Shown piece by piece: positions 10,398-18,826 of a stretch of 64,000 nt of DNA (the first letter of the stretch is position 1; the number at the start of each line of letters is the position of its first letter). The DNA is from a virus: the IMG/VR virus record IMGVR_UViG_3300015371_000015, positions 1 through 64,000 of that record; one strand, given 5' to 3'. Both the position numbers and the translations under genes were made by a program. Below the pieces are notes generated by a model. The model had not been told where the DNA came from, made no database searches, and worked only from the letters and a program-made list of their open reading frames with translations.

Positions 10398-11504
10398 ATG
10401 AGCTCTCGACTCGATCGCTGGATTGTAAAGGACGGAGCGGAGCGGCGGCGTGGTCATGTCGATCGGCCGCTGCTTCCTCCCGAAACCCCTCCGGACTATG
10501 TGCCCCAGTTCTTGGGCGACCCCGGAGCGAACAAGTACATGCTGGGATGGGCCCTTGGGCCGAACGGCAACGACTCGATAGCTGCGATTCAGGACAACCC
10601 CGGATACCCGGGTGACTCCAAGATCAGTGTCATCCACGACTACTCAAGCAACGGACAGGGAATCGACACCGCATCGGCGAACGCTGCCCTTGCGCTGAAC
10701 ATGATTCCTTCGCAGTCTGTCAAGTTCAAGAGCGCTGGCACCACGCCAGCTGCAATCGCAGCTAGTATTGCCTCAGGCGCGCGCGACGGGTGGATTGATA
10801 CCATGGCTGCCTACCTGGACAGCATCGCACCGCAGTTCATGTATCTGTGTTACCACCACGAGCCCGGTGGCGATTTCGGATCTTCGGCCAACACCCAGGC
10901 AATGAAGGACTACCGAGATGCCACTCGGAGAATGGTCTTGAGAATCCGCGCTGCGGGCGTAACAAACGTCCAGTGGCAGTGCATCTTGGAGACGCCATGG
11001 AACTTCGCTGGAAGCGGCGTTTCTGGGGCTCCTGTGAGTGGTTCTCCGTCATGGATGGACTTCCGTTTCTGGCACGCTGACTGGGATTGGAGGAACAACC
11101 GCTGGTTTGACGATCTGACGATGGACATGTTTGGCATCGACCAGTATGTCCCGATGATTGGAGGTACCAATTATCGGCAGTTCGGCACCGATCTTGGCTA
11201 CGTCAAGACCAAGCTGGCTGCAGCCGGAGCTCCTAACTGGCCTATCACCATTATGGAGCATGGTATGAACAACGACGCCGTGGGCCACAACTGGCCAGAC
11301 TATGCGACCAAGAAGGTTGCGTACATGAAGGCCAACAACGTCAAGCTCACAACCTACTGGGACAACTCAGACGAGCTCGGGCGTTACTCCTTCGGTCCCC
11401 GTCCGGCCGGCGTCACCGACACCACCCTGTACGACCAGGATGGTACCAAGTTGACGGGCTACAACATCGTCCGTGACGGATCTGTAAAGGTGGTGAACAG
11501 CTAG
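10398..11504 (+). CDS. glycoside hydrolase, GH26-like TIM barrel
   Basis: I.SGA.D.WI, YHHEP acid/base motif, D.FGID.Y, IMEHG nucleophile motif. Confidence 0.7.
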   Translation: MSSRLDRWIVKDGAERRRGHVDRPLLPPETPPDYVPQFLGDPGANKYMLGWALGPNGNDSIAAIQDNPGYPGDSKISVIHDYSSNGQGIDTASANAALALNMIPSQSVKFKSAGTTPAAIAASIASGARDGWIDTMAAYLDSIAPQFMYLCYHHEPGGDFGSSANTQAMKDYRDATRRMVLRIRAAGVTNVQWQCILETPWNFAGSGVSGAPVSGSPSWMDFRFWHADWDWRNNRWFDDLTMDMFGIDQYVPMIGGTNYRQFGTDLGYVKTKLAAAGAPNWPITIMEHGMNNDAVGHNWPDYATKKVAYMKANNVKLTTYWDNSDELGRYSFGPRPAGVTDTTLYDQDGTKLTGYNIVRDGSVKVVNS

Positions 11505-13180
11505 TGGTTATTCAAGCTCCTACAGTACTTACCGCAGGAGGCAGCGGCACCGACGGGCTTGAGTACACGACTGCCGTTGTCGGACCCGATGCTGGTTCGC
11601 TGATTGCTGTCTTCGTGGAGGCAGGCGCTCTTGCTTCTGGTGAGAACGACATCCCCACGATCAGCGACACCATCGGTCTGACGTGGACACAGGTAGACAC
11701 CGAGGTTGGCTACACCGGTCTCTGGATGCGTGGAACATGGTTTGTGGCGGAAGCAGATACGTCGGACACAGGAACCATCAAGTTCACATTCGCCCATACC
11801 CAGTCGAACTGTCACTGGCACGTAATCCAGATCAAGGGCGCGAACAATACCGATCCGGTGGTTCAGGTCATCTCGACGGCCTTCAACACTACGGTCAATC
11901 CGAGCGTCACCCTCCCGGCTCCTCCTGACCCCACCAGCCTCGTGCTGGGCGCTGTCATGCGCAATGCCACAACTCCTATGGCGCCGGGAGCGAACCATAC
12001 TCTGCTCTCAAGTGTCAACGGTAACTCTGGCCCCGCTGTGGGCTCGGATGTTACCTACGACATGGCGCCCGCGGCGCAGACGGTTGGCATCACGACTAGC
12101 TCTGGTGTCCAGAAGACCGTCTACGCGCTCGAGATCGCTATGGGTGGCGACGTTGCGCCTCCTCCCACTCCTGCGGAAGCAACGCTGATCCGTAGCTGGA
12201 AGCAGATCGAGACCACTTCGGACAACGTCTTCGAGCTCACTGTTCCTCACGACATCGAGGTCGGCGAGACTCTCGTTATCTCTATCAACCGAGTCACGGG
12301 CGCTTCGCCTCAGCCGATCACTGGCGTGACTGGTATCGGCGCCAACGTGGCGTCGCTGGTCGCTACCTCGACGCGTGCTTCAACGATGATCGCCGGCACA
12401 ATCGTGATTCCGGTCACGGAGAAGATCCTCAACGGCACTGTCCTGAACGTCAACATCACCTCAGGATCGCCATCTCGCAAGGCTGCTGTCTGTAGCGTGT
12501 GGTCTGGCTTGACCGGCGAAGTGAACGCTGACAGTGGGAACGTATTCGGCTCAGGTCCCAACGGATCGTCGGCTGCGCCTTCTGCCAGCACCACAGGATC
12601 GGTTTCTGAGATCCCGGCACTCCTCATCGGTACGTTCGGTCATGGCACTCAGGTGTTCACGCCAGATCCTGGAAACACACTTGTGGACACCATTGCTACG
12701 GCAGTGGGCACCACGGACCGAGGCGTATCACAGGCATATCGCGTGGAGTCTGCGGTTGGGGTAAAGACGATGGGTGGCTCTCTATCGGCCACCGGCAGCT
12801 GGGCAGTGAACGTTATTGCCCTGCCGCTTGCCTCAGCCGCCCCAGGAGCCCCAACAGTAGTCACCAGTGGCAACCAGATCGACATCGAGCCTGGAGATGA
12901 GATCGACTTCACGGCCGAGGACAGCACCGCTGGCGGTGCCATGACCTTTGTCTGGGAGCAAACTGGCGGCGAGCCGGTGGACTTCGTAGCAACAGGTCCT
13001 GACCTTCACATCCCGGAGGCGCCTTGGACCATCGCAGGTACCACGCTCACATTCAAGGTATCGGTCACCTCTGGTGGCGTAACTTCGACTGGCACCGTAA
13101 CAGCAACAGTGTTTCCCGCTGAGGGCCGCATTGTCGTCAACGGAGTCGAGGTACCTCTCAAGACCATTCAAGTCGGATAA
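11504..13180 (+). CDS. minor tail protein with a C-terminal PKD/Ig-like domain; paralogous to 8903-10378
   Basis: shared GPNGSS...S.STTG and T.DRG motifs; F.WEQTGG.PV...TLTFKV.VT PKD pattern. Confidence 0.65.
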   Translation: MVIQAPTVLTAGGSGTDGLEYTTAVVGPDAGSLIAVFVEAGALASGENDIPTISDTIGLTWTQVDTEVGYTGLWMRGTWFVAEADTSDTGTIKFTFAHTQSNCHWHVIQIKGANNTDPVVQVISTAFNTTVNPSVTLPAPPDPTSLVLGAVMRNATTPMAPGANHTLLSSVNGNSGPAVGSDVTYDMAPAAQTVGITTSSGVQKTVYALEIAMGGDVAPPPTPAEATLIRSWKQIETTSDNVFELTVPHDIEVGETLVISINRVTGASPQPITGVTGIGANVASLVATSTRASTMIAGTIVIPVTEKILNGTVLNVNITSGSPSRKAAVCSVWSGLTGEVNADSGNVFGSGPNGSSAAPSASTTGSVSEIPALLIGTFGHGTQVFTPDPGNTLVDTIATAVGTTDRGVSQAYRVESAVGVKTMGGSLSATGSWAVNVIALPLASAAPGAPTVVTSGNQIDIEPGDEIDFTAEDSTAGGAMTFVWEQTGGEPVDFVATGPDLHIPEAPWTIAGTTLTFKVSVTSGGVTSTGTVTATVFPAEGRIVVNGVEVPLKTIQVG

Positions 13181-13197
13181 AAGGAAGGAGGGCCTGT

Positions 13198-14643
13198 ATG
13201 GCACAGCAAGCAGTCATTGTCGCTTTGCCCCCGGCGCTGGACCCAGTCCGGCTCGTCGGAGACGAGGAGAAGCATGCAACGATCTTGTACTTCGGCGACA
13301 CCGCTTCACTCCCTGCTGATGCGAAGACTACGATTCTGGAGTCTCTTGCTACGGTGGCGAATCTCTTCATGCCTTTCGCGGAAGAGACGATTGGAGTCGA
13401 AAGACTAGGGTCGGATGTACCTCCGGCTCTCGTCGCGAAGCTCTCGAACCGATGCTTGGGTAAGATCCGGGACACGTTCCAGGTCAACCCCTCGATCGTT
13501 AGCTACATGAGCAACGGGACGCAGTACCCGCAGTACACACCGCATGTCACGCTGGGCTATCCCGACTTCCAGGCCGAGGTGGGTCTCAAGGAGTTGACCA
13601 AGACTCTCTACGAGATCCGCTTTGACCGTCTGGCGCTGTGGTGGGATGACGAGCGTATCGAGTTTCCTCTCGGTGCTCAAGACCGGGGCATGATGCGAGC
13701 GCTTTCTCAGGATGCCATGGCGAAGGTCGGAGACTTCCTCGAGCACCACGGTATCAAGGGCATGAAGTGGGGCGTTCGGCGCAAGGATCCCTCGGGGTCA
13801 GGCTCGAGCGGTTCTTCGGATAAGTCCAGCGACGACAAGTCGACCAAGAAGGCCATGGACAAGATGGCTGTGGGCTCAGTGGTTCCGATGAAGCAGTCGG
13901 ACGGCACGACCAAGCTTCTGATCAAGAAGAAAGACGGGTCGTGGAAGGAGACGTATGTCTCTGCCGACGCTGAGAAGTTCATTCGCGCCACGCAGAAGGA
14001 AGGCCACGAGATCAGCGACCGCGAGCTTCGGGAGACCGTGCAGCGGGCGAAGATGGTCAAGGAGTACGACCAGTGGTTCGGAGATGGTCCTAACAAGGAG
14101 CTTCAGCAGCGGGTCGAGCAAATGCGGCTTCAGAAGGAATACAAGCAGCTCAACACCGAGCTCAATCCCCCGAAGAAGTCCATGGTCAAGAAGTTCGTGG
14201 CCGCTAGCGAAGCCGGCTTCAATGCCTATCAGAAGATCGATCAGATCTCGGGCGGCGCGGTGAGCAAGAAGGTCAAGATGAACATGAACGCTGCGCTCTT
14301 CCCGCCGACGAACAATTCGGCACCAAAGAGCAAGCCGTTCGCGGGGCCAGGCCCCAAGACCAAGGGCTTCCGAGGAAAGACGCCTCCTCCGGCTCCTTGG
14401 GGCTCAGGCTCTCCCGCGGGCGCGCACATGCCCGGGGGCGCAAGGATCAAGCCGAACCCCAACTTCAAGCCGCGCTCATCTCAGCAGCCTGTGCCAAACA
14501 TCTCCACTATCGGGCACATGCCGAACAACTTCAAGAACTCGGACGGGTCATTCCGACCTGGCATGTTCATTCGGCCTGACGGCTCGGCCTTCCCGGTTCG
14601 AACGCCAGCAGACCTGCCGAAGGCGCTCCCTAGGGGGTCGTAA
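13198..14643 (+). CDS. 2H phosphoesterase (2'-5' RNA ligase/Acb1-like) domain fused to an HHGxKGMKWGVR domain
   Basis: two HxT motifs (KHATILY, PHVTLGY), followed by FLEHHGIKGMKWGVRR. Confidence 0.75.
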   Translation: MAQQAVIVALPPALDPVRLVGDEEKHATILYFGDTASLPADAKTTILESLATVANLFMPFAEETIGVERLGSDVPPALVAKLSNRCLGKIRDTFQVNPSIVSYMSNGTQYPQYTPHVTLGYPDFQAEVGLKELTKTLYEIRFDRLALWWDDERIEFPLGAQDRGMMRALSQDAMAKVGDFLEHHGIKGMKWGVRRKDPSGSGSSGSSDKSSDDKSTKKAMDKMAVGSVVPMKQSDGTTKLLIKKKDGSWKETYVSADAEKFIRATQKEGHEISDRELRETVQRAKMVKEYDQWFGDGPNKELQQRVEQMRLQKEYKQLNTELNPPKKSMVKKFVAASEAGFNAYQKIDQISGGAVSKKVKMNMNAALFPPTNNSAPKSKPFAGPGPKTKGFRGKTPPPAPWGSGSPAGAHMPGGARIKPNPNFKPRSSQQPVPNISTIGHMPNNFKNSDGSFRPGMFIRPDGSAFPVRTPADLPKALPRGS

Positions 14644-15053
14644 TGCCAGATCTGACCGTGGACGAGTTCCTTGCACACCACGGCGTTAAGGGCATGAAGT
14701 GGGGAGTCCGCAAGGATCAGCCACCGCCGATGTCTGCGACGGAGAAGCTTCTAGCTCATCCCGCGGTCCAGCTTGCGAAGGGTACGAAGGAAGGCAATGC
14801 TGCCAACCTGGCTATCACCGCAGCTGGTATCGCGGCCGTCGCGGCATCGGCACCTGTGTCCGCGCCAATTCTCATCGGCGGTACCGTCAGCGCGCGAATC
14901 GCCATCAAGTCTTACGAGGCTTACAAGATGTTCTATCAGAAGCACCCAAGCAAGCTGCTACCCAAACCGAATCCTGACCGTATGGCTCGTCTGAAGACCG
15001 GATCTGAGATGCGCAAGCAGCTACTCAAGGAACACGGGTCTAAGAAGCTATAG
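14643..15053 (+). CDS. HHGxKGMKWGVR-family protein with a hydrophobic segment
   Basis: FLAHHGVKGMKWGVRK N-terminus. Confidence 0.7.
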   Translation: MPDLTVDEFLAHHGVKGMKWGVRKDQPPPMSATEKLLAHPAVQLAKGTKEGNAANLAITAAGIAAVAASAPVSAPILIGGTVSARIAIKSYEAYKMFYQKHPSKLLPKPNPDRMARLKTGSEMRKQLLKEHGSKKL

Positions 15054-15068
15054 GAACAGGAGGCCATA

Positions 15069-16832
15069 GTGCTGTCAAACACCGCTGTACCGATCTACTA
15101 TGGCCGCTTCCGAGAGCAGGTCAAGCGGGGAGAGATCCCTGTGTGTCGTGAAATCTCACTAGAGATGAATCGCATTGACGCTCTCATCGAAGACCCTACG
15201 GTCTACTACGACGACCAAGCCATCAACGGCTTCATCGCATTCTGTGAGGGCGAACTGACTCTGACAGATGGTGAGCCACTCCGATTGCTCGACTCATTCA
15301 AGCTGTGGGCTGAGCAGATCTTCGGATGGTGGTACTACGTCGACGAACCGGTCTGGGAGCCGGCTACTCCGCTGAAAGAGGCGGGGTATGTCACAAAGAC
15401 GGTGAAGAAGAGGCTTACAAGCAAGCAGTACCTAATCGTGGCTCGAGGCGCTGCCAAGTCTATGTATGCCGCTTGCTTGCAAGCCTACTTCCTCACTGTC
15501 GATACCGAGACCACGCACCAGATCACCACCGCACCAACCATGAAACAGGCCGAGGAAGTGCTCTCGCCGATCCGGACAGCGATCACTCGCCACCCCGGAC
15601 CGATGTTCGAATACTTAACTTACGGTTCACTTCAAAATACGACTGGAAACAGAGCAGACCGAGTCAAGCTCGCGTCGACCAAGAAGGGTGTCGAGAACTT
15701 CCTGACTGGTTCGATGCTCGAGATTCGTCCCATGGCCATCAACAAGCTTCAAGGCCTGCGTACTAAGATGAACACTGTAGATGAGTGGTTGTCTGGCGAT
15801 CTACGTGAGGACGTTGTCAACGCGATCGAGCAGGGCGCATCCAAGGTGCCCGAGTACTTGATCGTCGCTATCAGCTCTGAGGGTACAGTCCGTAATGGTT
15901 CTGGCGACACCATCAAGCTTTCGCTGGCCGACCGCCTCAAGGGCGACTTCTATGACCCGTTCACTTCGATCTGGCACTACAAGCTGGACGAGCTGGAGGA
16001 GGTTGGAGACCCGTCTAAGTGGCTGAAAGCTAACCCAAACCTGGGCATAACGGTCAGCTATGAGACTTATCAGCGCGACGTTCTGCAGGCCGAGAAGGCC
16101 CCCGCGACGCGGAACGACATCCTCGCCAAGCGCTTCGGCATTCCCATGGAGGGCTACACGTACTTCTTCACATACGAAGAGACGCTGCCCCAGATGCGGA
16201 TTGACGGCACCATCATTCCCATTGACACTCGCGGCATGCCGTGCACGATGGGAGCGGACTTGAGCCAGGGAGACGACTTCTGTGCGTTTACCTTCCTCTT
16301 CCCATTGGCGAATGGGTCGTTCGCAATCAAGACTCGAAGTTACATCACACAGCTCACTTTGGACAACCTCCCCGGCGCCATGTGGCAGAAGTACCAAGAG
16401 TTCATTCAAGAGGGCTCTCTCATCATCATGGACGCCACGGTCCTAGACATGCTCGACGTGTTCGACGATCTCGACGCGTTCATTGTCAAGATGGACTACG
16501 ACGTCAGGGCCATGGGCTTCGACCCATACAACGCCAAGGAGTTCGTCAACCGTTGGGAGCAAGAGAACGGTCCGTACAACATCGAGAAGGTTCAGCAGGG
16601 CGCACGAACTGAGTCGGTTCCGCTTGGCGAGCTCAAGAAGCTTTCCGAGAACCACATGCTTCTGTTCGACGAGGTCTTGCTGACTTTCTGCATGGGCAAC
16701 GCGATCACCATCGAGGACACCAACGGTAACCGGAAGCTGTTGAAGCGCCGGCATGAGGAGAAGGTTGACAACGTCGCCGCCCTCATGGACGCGTGGATCG
16801 TCTTCAAACTACACAAGGAGGAGTTCGAGTGA
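15069..16832 (+). CDS. terL: terminase large subunit
   Basis: VARGAAKS Walker A, VDEW Walker B, GADLS.GDDF nuclease motif, KVDNVAALMDA. Confidence 0.95.
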   Translation: MLSNTAVPIYYGRFREQVKRGEIPVCREISLEMNRIDALIEDPTVYYDDQAINGFIAFCEGELTLTDGEPLRLLDSFKLWAEQIFGWWYYVDEPVWEPATPLKEAGYVTKTVKKRLTSKQYLIVARGAAKSMYAACLQAYFLTVDTETTHQITTAPTMKQAEEVLSPIRTAITRHPGPMFEYLTYGSLQNTTGNRADRVKLASTKKGVENFLTGSMLEIRPMAINKLQGLRTKMNTVDEWLSGDLREDVVNAIEQGASKVPEYLIVAISSEGTVRNGSGDTIKLSLADRLKGDFYDPFTSIWHYKLDELEEVGDPSKWLKANPNLGITVSYETYQRDVLQAEKAPATRNDILAKRFGIPMEGYTYFFTYEETLPQMRIDGTIIPIDTRGMPCTMGADLSQGDDFCAFTFLFPLANGSFAIKTRSYITQLTLDNLPGAMWQKYQEFIQEGSLIIMDATVLDMLDVFDDLDAFIVKMDYDVRAMGFDPYNAKEFVNRWEQENGPYNIEKVQQGARTESVPLGELKKLSENHMLLFDEVLLTFCMGNAITIEDTNGNRKLLKRRHEEKVDNVAALMDAWIVFKLHKEEFE

Positions 16833-16856
16833 TGAAGACAGATGAAGGGGGTGACT

Positions 16857-18218
16857 ATGGCGCAGGCAGAGACACAGGGTAAGTCCCGCCGCGGAGTTAT
16901 CGCTCGCGCGAGAGCAGCAATCCACGCGTTCAACTCGTTCACCGTAAACGAAGTTGCGGCAGCTCCGCCCCAGCAAATGGGCTACAACATGGGCCCTTCG
17001 GTGTGGGCACGCCCCGACCGTCCTCGCTTCCGTGTAAGCGGCGGTGAGCGCACGATCATCTCATCCATCTACACGCGCATGTCAGTCGACGCCGCCGGCG
17101 TTCGCATCGAGCACGTCAGGGTTGACGAGAACGGTCAGTATGTCGACACGATCAAGTCGGGTCTTCACAACTGTCTGAATGTCGAAGCCAACCTCGACCA
17201 GGGCGGACGTCACTTCCGTCAGGACATCGTGCTCACGCTTCTCCAAGAGGGTTGCATCGCGATCATTCCGGTCGACACGACGCTCAATCCGATGTCTGCT
17301 GGAAACTGGGACATCAAGACCATGCGTGTTGGAACCATTCTCGAATGGTGGCCTGAGTACGTCAAGGTTCGGGCCTATAACCAGAAGACGGGTAAGCAGG
17401 AGGATCTCACTCTTCCTAAGACGATGGTCGCCATCGTTGAGAACCCGTTCTACGCAGTCATGAACGAGCCCAACTCGACTCTTCAGCGTCTCATTCACAA
17501 GCTCAGCTTGCTGGACAACGTTGACGAAATCTCGAGCTCGGGCAAGCTCGATGTCATCATCCAGGTTCCTTACTCGATCAAGTCTGAGTCTCGCAAGAAC
17601 CAGGCTGAAAATCGTCGTAAGGAGATGGAAGAGCAGCTCGCCGGCAGTACGTACGGCATTGCCTATGCTGATGGGTCTGAGAAGATCACTCAGCTGAACC
17701 GAGCTGTGGAAAACAATCTTCTCCAGCAGGTCCAGTATCTGACGGAGAAGCTGTACAACGAACTCGGTATTACCGAGGACATCATGAACGGCACGGCCGA
17801 CGATGTAACCATGCTTAACTACATCAACCGAATTATCGAGCCCATCATGGACGCCGTCGTGGAAGCGATGATCCGAACCTTCCTGACCAAGACTGCACGA
17901 ACGCAGGGTCAGACCATGATGTACTTCCAGGATCCGTTCAAGCTGATTCCTATTAGCCAACTGGCTGACGTTGTCGACGTATTCAGTCGCAACCAGATCG
18001 TGACGCCGAATGAGGTTCGCCCCGCACTGGGTCTCAAGCCCTCGAAGCAGCCTCAGGCAAATCAGCTCGTTAACTCCAACATGCCCCTCAAGGATCAGGT
18101 TACCGATCCCAATGCACCGGATGGTTCACAAGACCCGAACGCAACAGACGGGACTAATGACCCATTGGCGCAGGATGAGGCAAACCTTGATCGTACTATG
18201 GCAGATCTGGGGGTCTAA
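16857..18218 (+). CDS. portal protein
   Basis: position after terminase; HK97-like portal pattern; TPNE.R..LGL.P near the C-terminus. Confidence 0.9.
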   Translation: MAQAETQGKSRRGVIARARAAIHAFNSFTVNEVAAAPPQQMGYNMGPSVWARPDRPRFRVSGGERTIISSIYTRMSVDAAGVRIEHVRVDENGQYVDTIKSGLHNCLNVEANLDQGGRHFRQDIVLTLLQEGCIAIIPVDTTLNPMSAGNWDIKTMRVGTILEWWPEYVKVRAYNQKTGKQEDLTLPKTMVAIVENPFYAVMNEPNSTLQRLIHKLSLLDNVDEISSSGKLDVIIQVPYSIKSESRKNQAENRRKEMEEQLAGSTYGIAYADGSEKITQLNRAVENNLLQQVQYLTEKLYNELGITEDIMNGTADDVTMLNYINRIIEPIMDAVVEAMIRTFLTKTARTQGQTMMYFQDPFKLIPISQLADVVDVFSRNQIVTPNEVRPALGLKPSKQPQANQLVNSNMPLKDQVTDPNAPDGSQDPNATDGTNDPLAQDEANLDRTMADLGV

Positions 18219-18826
18219 TGGCAGTACAAGACTACGACCCGCAGAAGCGCCATGATAGGTATGAGAGGACAAAGCAGCTGAAGGGCCGAGGCAAAGGCTC
18301 GAAAGCTACGTCTGCTAATCCGTCCCATCCTGCTAAGTCAGTACATCCTATTCGTGAACAGACTCAAGCTAGCCATGACCGGGTTATCCGTGTTAGAGGG
18401 AAGATCAAGAAGCTCGAGGGTGCGCTTTCAGAGGCACAGGCTGAGCTATCTACCCGGAGGCAAAAGAGTCGAGCGGCCAAGAAGGCAAGCTCCGATGGGA
18501 AATCTACTGCCGCTGAGAAGCAAGCTTCGCAGGAGTATCGGGACAAGCATAAGACAGAACTCGCTAGCAAGTCCAAGAAGAGCAGTAGTTCTTCGAAGTC
18601 TGGCGGCGGGTCTAAATCTTCGAGCAGCAGCGTTGCTGACATGAGCACGAAAGCTCTAGAAGCTCGAGTTATCAAGATCAAGGGTGCCATTCGTGACGCC
18701 CGGCGATTGCTATCCAGTGCATCAATCGAGCACGGTCAGCTCATGCACTCAGCAATTGTTTCTGATCCAGATGTCAACGAACGCTTTGCTCGATTTAATT
18801 CAGCAGAAAGGGGTCCGTCAAGATGA
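18218..18826 (+). CDS. basic coiled-coil hypothetical virion protein
   Basis: YDP.K.H..YE.TK.LKGR N-terminus; Lys/Ser-rich. Confidence 0.65.
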   Translation: MAVQDYDPQKRHDRYERTKQLKGRGKGSKATSANPSHPAKSVHPIREQTQASHDRVIRVRGKIKKLEGALSEAQAELSTRRQKSRAAKKASSDGKSTAAEKQASQEYRDKHKTELASKSKKSSSSSKSGGGSKSSSSSVADMSTKALEARVIKIKGAIRDARRLLSSASIEHGQLMHSAIVSDPDVNERFARFNSAERGPSR

